A stretch of 64,000 nucleotides of DNA from a bacterium (lineage in GTDB: Bacteria > RBG-13-66-14 > B26-G2 > WVWN01). A program made the translations under genes and the position numbers. Location: contig DATKVX010000044.1 of the NCBI GenBank assembly GCA_035529855.1, positions 12,189-76,188 on the forward strand, in the 5' to 3' direction. This document shows, in pieces, positions 36,337-45,277 of the stretch (positions are counted from its first letter, which is position 1; the number at the start of each line of letters is the position of its first letter). Under the pieces are notes generated by a model that saw only the letters and a list, made by a program, of their open reading frames with translations, was not told the DNA's origin and did not search any database.

Positions 36337-37740
36337 ATGGCGAAAAAGGAAACGGAGCAAGACCTTTACAAAGGCTACCGCGGCGCCGCGCTCAAATGCC
36401 TTAAGAAATACGGCGTCAAGGTTTGGAGCGACGTCGTCATCGACTCGGGCCGGGGCCGCTTCGAGGGAAGGGTACTACCCCGCGCCGAGTCCGGTGACGA
36501 CCAGCACATCGTCATCAAGATCGCCTCCGGGTACAACGTCGGCGTCGCCGCCGCTTCTATAACCGGCATAGAAGAAACCGGCCGCACCGTCGCCCATTAC
36601 AAGATTCCCGAGAAGGAGTTCCCGTTTAAAAAAGGCCAGCCGTTCGTGAAGCTTCTGGGTACCGGCGGCACCATCGCCTCCCGCCTGGACTACCGCACCG
36701 GCGCCGTCATCCCGGCCTTCACGCCCGGCGAGCTCTACGGCGCGGTCCCGGAATTGGCCGACATCTGTAACCTCCGGACCGAAAAGCTCTTCGGCGTCTT
36801 CTCCGAAAACATGGGCGCCGAGGAATACGTCGTCCTGGCCGAGGCCATCGCCCGCGAGATCAAGAAGGGCGCGGACGGCATCGTCGTAGGCCACGGCACC
36901 GATACCATGCACCACACCGCGGCGGTCCTATCGTTCATGGTGCAGAACCCCCCCGTCCCCATCGTCCTCGTCGGCAGCCAGCGCTCCAGCGACCGCCCCT
37001 CCTCCGACGCCGCGCTCAACCTCATCCACGCCGTCAAGGCCGCCGCGGAATCGGACATCGCCGAGATAATGGTATGCATGTTCGGGCCTACCTCGGACAT
37101 CTACGGCCTCCTCCACCGCGGCACCCGCGTCCGCAAGATGCACTCGTCCTACCGGTCGACCTTCCGCACCATCGCCGACGTCCCTCTAGCGACGGTGGAC
37201 CGCGAGTGCATCACGCCGCTGCGCGACGACTACGCCCGCCGCCGCCCGGGCGACCGCAAATGCGTCCTGAACACCGCCTTCGAAGAACGAGTGGCGCTTA
37301 TATATTATTACCCCAACATGCACCCCGACATCTTCGACGCGCTCGTCGACCTGGGCTACCGCGGCATCGTCATCGCCGGGACCGGCCTGGGCCACGTCAA
37401 CAAGCCCTGCTATCCGGCGCTCAAGCACGCCCGGGAGGCCGGCGTCGCCGTCTATATGACGGTTCAGACGCTGTGGGGTTACGTCCACATGGACGTCTAC
37501 GAGACGGGGCGCGATATGCAAACCCTAGGCGTCATCCCGGCCGAGAATATGCTGCCCGAAGTCGCGTACGTCAAGCTGTGCTGGGCGCTGGGCCAGACCG
37601 ACGACCTCGACGAAGTCAAGCGGATAATGCTCACCCCGGTCGCCGGCGAAATCACCGCCCGGGAACCCACCAACGGCTACCTCATCCTCCAGGGCGGCCT
37701 ACCCGAGGTCGAGGAGTTCATCAGCGGCCACTGGAAATAG
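36337..37740 (+). CDS. gatD: Archaeal-type Glu-tRNA(Gln) amidotransferase subunit D (asparaginase-like)
   Basis: About 90-aa N-terminal domain containing SGYNVGV, then the L-asparaginase threonine motif LLGTGGTIAS and the second Thr/Lys/Asp motifs. 467 aa. Confidence 0.7.
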   Translation: MAKKETEQDLYKGYRGAALKCLKKYGVKVWSDVVIDSGRGRFEGRVLPRAESGDDQHIVIKIASGYNVGVAAASITGIEETGRTVAHYKIPEKEFPFKKGQPFVKLLGTGGTIASRLDYRTGAVIPAFTPGELYGAVPELADICNLRTEKLFGVFSENMGAEEYVVLAEAIAREIKKGADGIVVGHGTDTMHHTAAVLSFMVQNPPVPIVLVGSQRSSDRPSSDAALNLIHAVKAAAESDIAEIMVCMFGPTSDIYGLLHRGTRVRKMHSSYRSTFRTIADVPLATVDRECITPLRDDYARRRPGDRKCVLNTAFEERVALIYYYPNMHPDIFDALVDLGYRGIVIAGTGLGHVNKPCYPALKHAREAGVAVYMTVQTLWGYVHMDVYETGRDMQTLGVIPAENMLPEVAYVKLCWALGQTDDLDEVKRIMLTPVAGEITAREPTNGYLILQGGLPEVEEFISGHWK

Positions 37741-37756
37741 CGGCCGCGCCGCGGAA

Positions 37757-37787
37757 TAAAAAGGCCGGCCCGCGGGCCGGTTTTTTA
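37757..37787 (+). terminator. Rho-independent terminator (AAAAAGGCCGGCCCgcgGGCCGGTTTTTT)
   Basis: Perfect hairpin with a T-run after gatD. Confidence 0.8.
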
Positions 37788-37976
37788 CGTTAAAAACGAT
37801 TCCCTATAATTGGGGTTCGTCGAGGGCGATGACGGCCAACTCGTCGCCCGCCTCCAACCGGAAGCCGATGTCCGGGTTGACGTGCGCCTTCTCCTCGCGA
37901 TCTAAAAACTTTATACGCCTTGACAACGCCGTAGCCCAACCTTAACCTTGGCCGCGTATCGCGACGTTAAAGGAGG

Positions 37977-39137
37977 ATGCAAATGCGCGCCGTAATCATA
38001 GGCGCGGGCCGGATGGCCGAAGCGGTACTGCGCGATTTCGCGACCCACGGGCCGTTCGACGAGGTGACCGTCGCCGACGTGGACGCCGCGCGCGCGGAGG
38101 AGCTCGCGCGCGCGCGGGGAGGCGGCCTGGCGCGGGCCGTCGCGGTCGACGCCGGCGACGAGGAAGCCGCGGCTCGAGTAATCGCCGGCCACGACGTATG
38201 CGCGTCCGCGGCGCCGTACCGATATAACCTCACCCTCGCCCGAGCCGCTATAGCGGCCGGCGCCCACTTCGTCGATATGGGCGGCAACAACGACGTCGTC
38301 GCCGCCGAGCTCGCGCTGGACGGGGATGCGAAGGCCGCGGGCGTGACCGTCGTCCCGGATATGGGCCTGGCGCCGGGGATGACGAACGTTCTGGCCGCGG
38401 CGCTGATATCCGGGTTCGACGACGTTCGCGACGTGCACCTCCGCGTCGGCGGCCTGCCCCGCGACCCCCAACCGCCGCTCGGCTACGCCCTCGTCTTCTC
38501 GGTATACGGCCTGATTAACGAATACGCCGAGCCGTGCCTGATATTAAAAGACGGCGACGTCGCGACGGCTCCGCCGCTAACCGGCGTCGAGGAATTCGAG
38601 TTTCCGCCGCTGGGCCGGCTCGAGGCGTTCCACACCTCGGGCGGCTCCTCGACGCTGCCGCATACGTACCGCGGCCTGGTGCGCGAGCTGGACTATAAAA
38701 CGATAAGGTACCCGGGCCACTCCGCCGCGGTCAAACCGCTCTTCGACCTCGGCCTGGCGAGCGAGGAAGAAGTCTCCGTCGGCGGCGTACGGTTCAAACC
38801 CCGCGACGTGCTCGCCGAGCGCCTCGCCTCGGTCCTACCCGAAGGCGAAGACGACGTCGTGCTGGTAAGGTGTTGGGCTGCGGGCACGGCTCGAGGCGAG
38901 GAGAAGGCCGCGTCGCTCGAGCTGGTCGACTACGCCGACGCCGCGAGCGGCCTTACGGCGATGCAGCGGACCACCGGTTTCCCGGTCGCCGTGGCCGCGG
39001 CGACGCTGGCTTCCGGCGGCGCAAAAAAAGCCGGCGCCTTCCCGCCGGAAGTCGCGCTCGAGCCCGGGCCGTTCATAGCGGCGTTGCGGGAGCGGGGGTT
39101 GGATATCCGATACGGCGGACTTAAGGCCAACGGGTAA
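37977..39137 (+). CDS. Saccharopine dehydrogenase NADP-binding family protein
   Basis: N-terminal Rossmann motif VIIGAGRMA. Sacchrp_dh-like C-terminal domain. Confidence 0.65.
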   Translation: MQMRAVIIGAGRMAEAVLRDFATHGPFDEVTVADVDAARAEELARARGGGLARAVAVDAGDEEAAARVIAGHDVCASAAPYRYNLTLARAAIAAGAHFVDMGGNNDVVAAELALDGDAKAAGVTVVPDMGLAPGMTNVLAAALISGFDDVRDVHLRVGGLPRDPQPPLGYALVFSVYGLINEYAEPCLILKDGDVATAPPLTGVEEFEFPPLGRLEAFHTSGGSSTLPHTYRGLVRELDYKTIRYPGHSAAVKPLFDLGLASEEEVSVGGVRFKPRDVLAERLASVLPEGEDDVVLVRCWAAGTARGEEKAASLELVDYADAASGLTAMQRTTGFPVAVAAATLASGGAKKAGAFPPEVALEPGPFIAALRERGLDIRYGGLKANG

Positions 39138-39213
39138 AAAATCCCCGAACGGGCCGAAAGAAACAACAGAAGCGGCGGATTTTAAATCCGCCGCTTCGCT
39201 TAATTTTCGTCCG

Positions 39214-39750
39214 TTAACCCAAGCAAGCGCCGTAGGCGAAGAGGTCGCCCGCCAGATAGATGTCCATCTGTACGCGCGAGAACGGCCTCGCCGCCGCGAG
39301 CTTACCGCGCGTCCGATTTTCCAACTCGCCCGTCTGAAAGTTGACCCTCAAAACGTCGCCCGCCGCGAGCTCCAATTTAACCAAGTCGGGGCATTCCACC
39401 AAAGGCCAGCCGGCGTTTATCGCGTTCCGCTTGTAGATGGCGCCGAAGGAGATGCCGACGATGCCGGCGACGCCCAGCGCGCGGAAGCAGTCGACGGCGT
39501 GCTGTCGGCTCGAGCCCGCGCCGAAGTTCGCGCCCACCGCCAAGATGTCGCCGCGCTTCGCCTCCGCCGGGAAATCTTCCCAGCCCGCGAGGTTGCCGAA
39601 AGCGTACCGGCCCATTTCGCCGACTTCCGTTTCGGCGAGGTAGGCGTTGTGGTAGATCTGGTCCGTATCGACGTCGTTCAGATAAGCCCCCGACGCGTCG
39701 ACGACGGGCCACACGCGGCCCTCTATTACCAGCGGCCCCGCCACAATCAC
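39214..39750 (-). CDS. leuD: 3-isopropylmalate/homoaconitate dehydratase small subunit (type 2, archaeal-like)
   Basis: Only the C-terminal 178 codons of ORF 39214..40494 are real. The GTG start overlaps the leuC stop (GTGA) and GGGAGGTG lies upstream. LeuD motifs GANFGAGSSRQHAV…ISFGAIYKRNAINAG. Confidence 0.7.
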   Translation of the reverse strand: MIVAGPLVIEGRVWPVVDASGAYLNDVDTDQIYHNAYLAETEVGEMGRYAFGNLAGWEDFPAEAKRGDILAVGANFGAGSSRQHAVDCFRALGVAGIVGISFGAIYKRNAINAGWPLVECPDLVKLELAAGDVLRVNFQTGELENRTRGKLAAARPFSRVQMDIYLAGDLFAYGACLG

Positions 39751-40994
39751 GCCACCTCCCGCGGGTCGGTAATGCTCCCCATCAGCGCCGAGGCCGCGGC
39801 CGTAGCCGGCGAACAGAGGTACGTCTCGCCGGCGCCCTGTTTGCCGGGGAAGTTGCGATTGGAGGTCGAGACCTGGACCTCTCCTTTGCCGGTCATACCG
39901 ATTTGGCCCTGGGCGCAGCCGCCGCAGCCGGCGTTGGAGACGACGAATCCGTAGCCGAAGAGCTCCGCGGCCAGCCCCTCCGCCAGCATCGCGCCGTAGA
40001 CGCGACGCGTCGCCGGGACGGCGTACGCCACCACGCCGCCGGCGACGGGCCGACCCGACATCACCCGGGCGACGGCGCGGAAGTCCTCCACCCGACCGTT
40101 GGTGCACGAGCCGAAGAAGGCCGAGCCTATTTCCTTCCCGGCGACCTCGCTCGCGGCTTTGACGTTGGCCGGCGACGGCGGGCACGCCACCAGCGGCTCG
40201 AGGCCGTCGACGTCGAGCTCGTACGTCGCCTCGTAGGAGGCATCCTCGTCGGCATAGACGCCCCGCACTTCCGCCCCCGCGGCCCCCTCGCACCACGCGA
40301 GCACCTCCTCGCTCGGCGGGATGAAAATAGCTATGGCGCCCATCTCCGTCGCCATCGACGCGACGGTGACCCGCTCCTCGACGGAGAGGGCGTCCGCGGC
40401 GGGCCCGTACAACTCCACCGCCTTGCCCAACAGGCCGCTCGAGCCGAACTCGCGGAGCATCGCGAGCGCCACGTCCTTGGCCGTCGTAGGCCACTTGTAT
40501 TTACCTTTCAATACGACTTTTACCGAAGGCGGGACCTCGAGCCAGGTACGGCCGGTGCGGAAGGCGAACGTTATGTCGGCGTCGCCCATCCCCTGGCCCA
40601 GGCAGCCGACGGCGCCCACGACGTTCATGTGGCTGTCGGTATTGACCACCGTCCCGCCCGGGCGCGCCAGCCCCTCCTCCATCAAGACGTGCGAGCCTAT
40701 GCCGGCGTCGACGTCGTATACCTTAATGCCCTGCCGCGCGGCGAACTCGCGGCAGAGTTGTTGGTTGTTGGCGTAGGGGATATCCTTGGCGGGGACGACG
40801 CAGTCGAAGGTAAAGAACGTCCGCGAGGCATCGGCCACCGGCATAGAGGTATAATGTCGGTCGAAGCTTCTAACGACGCTCGCGCCGCCGAAGTCGCGCG
40901 CGGCGCGGACGTCAAGCTCGAGCCAGACGGTAGCGCCCGGGTAAACCTCGTCGCCCGAGTGAGCGGCGATGATTTTTTCTATAATAGCAGGCAC
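39747..40994 (-). CDS. leuC: 3-isopropylmalate/homoaconitate dehydratase large subunit (type 2, ~415 aa)
   Basis: Aconitase-family motifs (NTDSHMN, FGSCTNGR, CGGCAQGQ, SNRNFPGKQG). Confidence 0.8.
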   Translation of the reverse strand: MPAIIEKIIAAHSGDEVYPGATVWLELDVRAARDFGGASVVRSFDRHYTSMPVADASRTFFTFDCVVPAKDIPYANNQQLCREFAARQGIKVYDVDAGIGSHVLMEEGLARPGGTVVNTDSHMNVVGAVGCLGQGMGDADITFAFRTGRTWLEVPPSVKVVLKGKYKWPTTAKDVALAMLREFGSSGLLGKAVELYGPAADALSVEERVTVASMATEMGAIAIFIPPSEEVLAWCEGAAGAEVRGVYADEDASYEATYELDVDGLEPLVACPPSPANVKAASEVAGKEIGSAFFGSCTNGRVEDFRAVARVMSGRPVAGGVVAYAVPATRRVYGAMLAEGLAAELFGYGFVVSNAGCGGCAQGQIGMTGKGEVQVSTSNRNFPGKQGAGETYLCSPATAAASALMGSITDPREVA

Positions 40995-41016
40995 TTCTAT
41001 CGGGGGTAAATCGCGC

Positions 41017-41451
41017 CTATCTCTTTTTTAAATTTTCGGTTCCCACTTTCGTACTGCCTTTCCCCGCCCACGTGCCGTCGAGGGAGCCGTCCGCCTTTAC
41101 CGCGTACGCGACGACGCCGTAGCCCTGCGGCCCGGCGAAGCCGACCACGAAGGTATTCCCCTTCAGGATGCCGGCGCCCTCGTAGCCGAGCTTCCCGTCG
41201 AAGTACCACATCACGCCGTACGCGTCGCCCTTGCGGGAAACCGTCACGTCGCACTCGTAGGAGCCGCCTTCGGGGTTGGTGCCGGAGCCGGTATACTTGC
41301 CCGCGACGCCGGCGGCGCTTACCGGTTCCTTCCCGCCCTCGCCGAAGGGCAACGGCCCACCCGGGCCCTCTCTCATCTCCTTCAACTTTTTACAGGCGCA
41401 AAAGGAGCACGCCAGGGCGAGCACCGCCGCCAAGCGTAACCACTTCTCCAC
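41017..41451 (-). CDS. Small lipoprotein, tandem paralog A
   Basis: Lipobox LALAC-S. Shares KYTGSGTNPEGGSYECDV…GDAYGV.W.FDG.LGYEG.GI…GYGVV.Y…DGSL.G.W with the downstream ORF. Confidence 0.55.
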   Translation of the reverse strand: MEKWLRLAAVLALACSFCACKKLKEMREGPGGPLPFGEGGKEPVSAAGVAGKYTGSGTNPEGGSYECDVTVSRKGDAYGVMWYFDGKLGYEGAGILKGNTFVVGFAGPQGYGVVAYAVKADGSLDGTWAGKGSTKVGTENLKKR

Positions 41452-41472
41452 CGTCTTCCTCCGTTCCCGAAG

Positions 41473-41826
41473 CTATTTCTTCGTCAGCGTCTCCCGGCCC
41501 AGGCCGTCGAAACCGGGCGTCGTCCAGATACCTTCCAACGCGCCGTCGCCCTTGATTTCATATACCACCACGCCGTACCCTTGGCCGGAGGCGTAGCCCA
41601 CGCAGAAGAGGCCGTCCTTCACGATGCCGACGCCCTCGTAGCCGAGCGCGCCGTCGAATAACCATTGGACCGCGTATGCGTCGCCCGTCCTGGTTATCTT
41701 GACGTCGCAGGCGTACGAGCCCTGGCCGCCCGGGTTGGTGCCGGCCCCCTTGTACTCGCCGACGACGTCGCCGAAGGCCGCCGCGGCGAGGGCGCACGTT
41801 AAAATCAAAAATCCGAAAACTCTCAT
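41473..41826 (-). CDS. Small secreted protein, tandem paralog B
   Basis: Signal peptide. Clear paralog of 41017..41451. Confidence 0.55.
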   Translation of the reverse strand: MRVFGFLILTCALAAAAFGDVVGEYKGAGTNPGGQGSYACDVKITRTGDAYAVQWLFDGALGYEGVGIVKDGLFCVGYASGQGYGVVVYEIKGDGALEGIWTTPGFDGLGRETLTKK

Positions 41827-41868
41827 CGAAGACCTCCTACATTCGATATCCCGTCGATAGGGATAACC

Positions 41869-42768
41869 TCAGCGCCACTCTACCTCGGGCGCGCCGCGGC
41901 CTATGGCGCGGCGGTATTTATATTTGGGATAGCCGAGCGCTAACGCGGCGTAGACGGCGTGGTCTTCCGGCAAACCCAGCGCTTCCCTGACCTCTTCGCT
42001 GCGGGCCGCGGCCGCGGTGAGCCAACCGACGAAGCACGTCCCCAGGCCCATGGCCGTCGCCATCATGACGAGCTGGGCGGCGGCGTAGTACGCCGTTTCC
42101 CGCGGCATTATCGCCGCCACCGGCGCGTGGAGGACGAGGACCACCGGCGCGTCGTGGAAGAGGTCGTCGCGGCCCGCGTCGTACGCCTCGACCAACCGCT
42201 TCATATCGTCCACCAAGGCGTAGGCTCCCAGCTTATCCTCGCGTTCGGCCACGGCGCCGTAAACGGTGCGGAGTATGGGGTTCTTCAGGCGCCGCACCGC
42301 TGTCCGGTGCCACTCCGCCGTCGCGTCGCGGACGCGGCGGATGCGCTTGGCCTCGCTCAGCGCAAGCACGCGAACCGGCCTGAGGTTGTGCGCGCTGGGG
42401 TACGACGACAGCGCCCGGCGTACCAACTCCTCCACCGCTTCGCGCGTAACCGGCTTGTCGCGGAAGACGCGGACCGAGCGTCGCGCGCGCAAGAGCGTCT
42501 CCAGCGCCGCCACGGTGGGGACCTTCCTGGCGCCGAGGGTCTTTATCGTGCCCTCCGGGTAGGCCTCGTGTTCGATGGCTTCCTCCGGGCACAGCGCGAC
42601 GCAGTGGCCGCAGCTGATGCAACGCTCCGGGTACGACGCTACGGCGAACTCCTCCAGCTCGTAGACGTCCTGGGGGCACGCCTCGACGCAGACGCCGCAG
42701 GCGTTGCATTTTACTTCGTCGACGTTTATGGCCGGCGGCTCGAGCGCCGGCTGGCTTTTATCAGTCAT
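41869..42768 (-). CDS. Ferredoxin-nitroreductase fusion protein (N-terminal 2x[4Fe-4S], C-terminal nitroreductase fold)
   Basis: CNACGVCVEACP and CISCGHCVALCP motifs, then a nitroreductase-like domain. Confidence 0.7.
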   Translation of the reverse strand: MTDKSQPALEPPAINVDEVKCNACGVCVEACPQDVYELEEFAVASYPERCISCGHCVALCPEEAIEHEAYPEGTIKTLGARKVPTVAALETLLRARRSVRVFRDKPVTREAVEELVRRALSSYPSAHNLRPVRVLALSEAKRIRRVRDATAEWHRTAVRRLKNPILRTVYGAVAEREDKLGAYALVDDMKRLVEAYDAGRDDLFHDAPVVLVLHAPVAAIMPRETAYYAAAQLVMMATAMGLGTCFVGWLTAAAARSEEVREALGLPEDHAVYAALALGYPKYKYRRAIGRGAPEVEWR

Positions 42769-42849
42769 ATCCCTGCGTAACGTAAGTCCCGTAAGTTCTC
42801 TTCGGAACGGTTTTAATAAGGAAGAGTTAACCTCCGGCGTTAGCCGATT

Positions 42850-43074
42850 CTATAACTCTAAAAATTCCCGTACCGTCAAACCGGCCTGTTTAATAATCGC
42901 TCGCAACGTCCCCTCCGTTATGTCGCCCCCGCGGTGGAGTACCATCGTACGCCGACGGCTAGCCGGGTTCCGCCAAATTTTGCGACTACCTTTGGCGCTT
43001 CGGTCGAACTTGAAGCCGGCTCGCCGTAATTTCGCCGCTACGTCGGCGTACTTACAACCCGCCAGTCGCCCCAC
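42850..43074 (-). CDS. hicA: Type II toxin HicA (mRNA interferase)
   Basis: 74 aa, YcfA/HicA-like (…GSRKIWRNP…HRGGDI..GTLRAIIKQAGLT). Confidence 0.75.
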   Translation of the reverse strand: MGRLAGCKYADVAAKLRRAGFKFDRSAKGSRKIWRNPASRRRTMVLHRGGDITEGTLRAIIKQAGLTVREFLEL

Positions 43075-43316
43075 TAAACCGCCACCGGCACCAGCAGCTC
43101 AAACTCGCCTTCGGCCGCCTCTTTCAACTTGGGCGGCACCGGGTCGCCGTGCTCCAGGTACGACTCGTACAGCTTACGCACCGCGTCCTGGGCGAACTCC
43201 ACCGTTTCGGCGATGGTCCGCCCTTCGACCACCAGCCCCGGGACGTCGTCGCTGGTGGCGACGTAACCCCCGTCGCCGAGGGGCTCGAGATGCAGTTTTA
43301 TTAATACTTCCGCCAT
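43074..43316 (-). CDS. hicB: Type II antitoxin HicB (UPF0150 fold)
   Basis: 80 aa, HicB-like N-terminal RNase-H-like fold (MAEVLIKLHLEPLGDGGYVATSDDVPGLVVEGRTIAE). Its stop overlaps the hicA start. Confidence 0.7.
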   Translation of the reverse strand: MAEVLIKLHLEPLGDGGYVATSDDVPGLVVEGRTIAETVEFAQDAVRKLYESYLEHGDPVPPKLKEAAEGEFELLVPVAV

Positions 43317-43335
43317 TTCCGACTCCTCGGATTTA

Positions 43336-44454
43336 TCAAACCCGCGCCGCCACAGCTTCCGCCATCTCCAGCGTGGAGCTTGAGCCGCCCATATCGTACG
43401 TGCGGACGCGGCCCTCCGCGATGACCGCGGCGACGGCGTTCTCCAAGGCCGCGGCCTTGTCCTCCTCGCCCAGGTACTCCAGCATCATCCGCGTCGCGAG
43501 CAGCGTCGCCGTCGGGTTGACCTTGGACTGGCCCGCGTACTTGGGCGCCGAGCCGTGCGTGGGCTCGAAGACGGCGTAGTCGTCGCCTATGTTGCCGGCG
43601 CAGGCGAAGCCCAGGCCGCCGACGAGCTGCGCGGCCTCGTCCGAGATGATGTCGCCGAACATGTTCTCGGCCACCAACACGTCGTAGTCCTGCGGGTTCT
43701 TGACGAGCCACATCGCCATAGCGTCGACGTTGGCCTCCCACAGTTCGACGTTCGGGTAGTCCTTCGCCACCTCGCGCGCGGTCCGGACCATCAGGCCGCC
43801 GGTCTCCCGCAGGACGTTGGGCTTCTCCACAATCGTTACCGAGCGGCGGCCTTTCTTCTCCGCGAACTCGAACCCGGCGCGCACGATGCGCGCGCACGCC
43901 TTCTTCGTCATTATCCGCGTCGAGATGGCGAGCTCGTCCAGCGGCACGCCCGCGAACGCCGCCATCTTCTTGTGGTTGGCCATAAGGCAATCGTAGACCG
44001 CCGGCGGGACCGGAGACCACTCCACGCCGGCGTACAGGCCCTCGGTATTCTCGCGGAAGATGACGAGGTCGACGTCGTCGCGGTAGTTGAGCGGGTTGCC
44101 GGCGTACGCCTTGCACGGCCGCATGTTGACGTAAAGGTCGAACTCCTGGCGCAGGCGGACGATGGGCGAATAGTAGACGTAGCCCTTATCCTGCAGCTCG
44201 GGCGCGAGCTCGCGCGCGGCCTCGTCCTTGGGCTTGGAGGTGATGGCGCCGAATAGCGCGCAATCGGTTCCGCGCATAAGGTCCTTGGTGCGTTCGGGCA
44301 GCGGGTTGCCCTCCGTGCGCCAGAACTCCCAGCCGATGTCGCCGCCGACGTACTCGGCGTCGAGCGCGAGGCGCTCCAGCACGAGCCGCGCCGCCTCCAT
44401 AACGTCGCGGCCTATGCCGTCGCCCGGCAGCCACGCAATTCTGTATTTGGCCAT
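43336..44454 (-). CDS. Isocitrate/isopropylmalate/homoisocitrate dehydrogenase family protein
   Basis: Beta-decarboxylating dehydrogenase motifs (NMFGDIISDEAAQLVGGLG…). 372 aa. Confidence 0.75.
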   Translation of the reverse strand: MAKYRIAWLPGDGIGRDVMEAARLVLERLALDAEYVGGDIGWEFWRTEGNPLPERTKDLMRGTDCALFGAITSKPKDEAARELAPELQDKGYVYYSPIVRLRQEFDLYVNMRPCKAYAGNPLNYRDDVDLVIFRENTEGLYAGVEWSPVPPAVYDCLMANHKKMAAFAGVPLDELAISTRIMTKKACARIVRAGFEFAEKKGRRSVTIVEKPNVLRETGGLMVRTAREVAKDYPNVELWEANVDAMAMWLVKNPQDYDVLVAENMFGDIISDEAAQLVGGLGFACAGNIGDDYAVFEPTHGSAPKYAGQSKVNPTATLLATRMMLEYLGEEDKAAALENAVAAVIAEGRVRTYDMGGSSSTLEMAEAVAARV

Positions 44455-44544
44455 AAAACCTCTCGGGGGAACTTGCTTTGGCGTATATATTAAATTAAAA
44501 TAGGCCGGTTCTCAATTACTTTCCGAGCCGGCAGGGGTGCCCCT

Positions 44545-45237
44545 ATGACGGACGACGTTAAAAAAGCGGCTCTGGCCGCTTCGCCGCTCTTCAAAAACCT
44601 CGCCCCGGCGGACGTGGGCCGCGTCGTCGGATTCTCCGTCTTCCGCGAGCTGGAGAAGGGAGAAGTCGTCTTCCGCGAGGGGGACGACGCAGCGGCCTTC
44701 TACGTCGTCGCCTCGGGCCGGGTCAAGGTTTTCAAGGAATCGGTCGACGGCCGTGAGCTTATCATAAAAATTATGCGCGCGGGGGACCTGGTAGGCGAGG
44801 CCGCCGCGCTGGCGGGCGTCCCCTACCCGGCGACGGCCCAGGCCCTCGACGACGCGGCCGCGGTAGAAATCCCGCGCCGCGAGTTCGTGGCGTTGATCGA
44901 AAACGAGCCGGACTTAGCGCTCAACATCATCGCCGCCCTCTCGGTCCGTCTGAACCAGATAAGCGCGGTACTCGAGAAGCTCACCCTTAAAGACGTGCCG
45001 GCGCGGCTGGCGTCGTACCTTCTGGAACGGGCGCGGGCCGGCGCCGACGGCCGGGAGTCCGTCGAGCTGGACGTGACTAAGACGTCGCTCGCGGCGGAAT
45101 TGGGAACGGTCCCGGAGACGCTGAGCCGGGCGCTAAGGCGGTTCGCCGAAGCGGGCCTGGTAGCGTCCAAGGGCAGGCGTATAATCATTTTAGATAAAGC
45201 CTCGCTCGAGCTCGTCGCCGGCAGTCCGAACGGCTAG
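44545..45237 (+). CDS. Crp/Fnr-family transcriptional regulator
   Basis: cNMP-binding-like beta-roll (VFREGD…FYVVASGRVKV) and a C-terminal HTH (TKTSLAAELGTVPETLSRALRRF). Confidence 0.8.
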   Translation: MTDDVKKAALAASPLFKNLAPADVGRVVGFSVFRELEKGEVVFREGDDAAAFYVVASGRVKVFKESVDGRELIIKIMRAGDLVGEAAALAGVPYPATAQALDDAAAVEIPRREFVALIENEPDLALNIIAALSVRLNQISAVLEKLTLKDVPARLASYLLERARAGADGRESVELDVTKTSLAAELGTVPETLSRALRRFAEAGLVASKGRRIIILDKASLELVAGSPNG

Positions 45238-45250
45238 CGGCCGGCCCGGA

Positions 45251-45277
45251 AAAACTACGAGCCTTGACCCAGGTCAA
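45251..45277 (+). promoter_or_regulatory. Perfect palindrome cCTTGACccagGTCAAGg, a TTGAC-N4-GTCAA FNR/CRP-type box centred about 41.5 bp upstream of a putative TATACT -10. It also forms the stem of the crp-gene terminator (followed by TTTTTT).
   Basis: Inverted repeat and T-run read directly. Spacing to the TATTATACT element was counted. Confidence 0.55.

Noticed and set aside
33482-37740. Possibility that the whole window is archaeal, which would make GatDE unremarkable
   Set aside because: Rejected because of lipobox lipoproteins, Omp-type barrels with C-terminal Phe, a T9SS sorting domain, bacterial PheST/ZapA/RlmB/ThyX, and sigma70-type promoters.
37800-37935. Minus-strand reading frame ending …EEKAHVNPDIGFRLEAGDELAVIALDEPQL* downstream of gatD, faintly RCK_C-like
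   Set aside because: No ATG or GTG start (only an internal TTG) and only about 40 codons. It overlaps the predicted promoter of the saccharopine-dehydrogenase gene. Possibly a gene remnant, but this is not supportable.
39214-40494. The 426-aa ORF 39214..40494 read as a single protein
   Set aside because: Its N-terminal two-thirds is Arg/Gly junk antisense-like to nothing and out of frame with leuC. Only the last 178 codons (LeuD motifs) are real. The GTG start overlaps the leuC stop.
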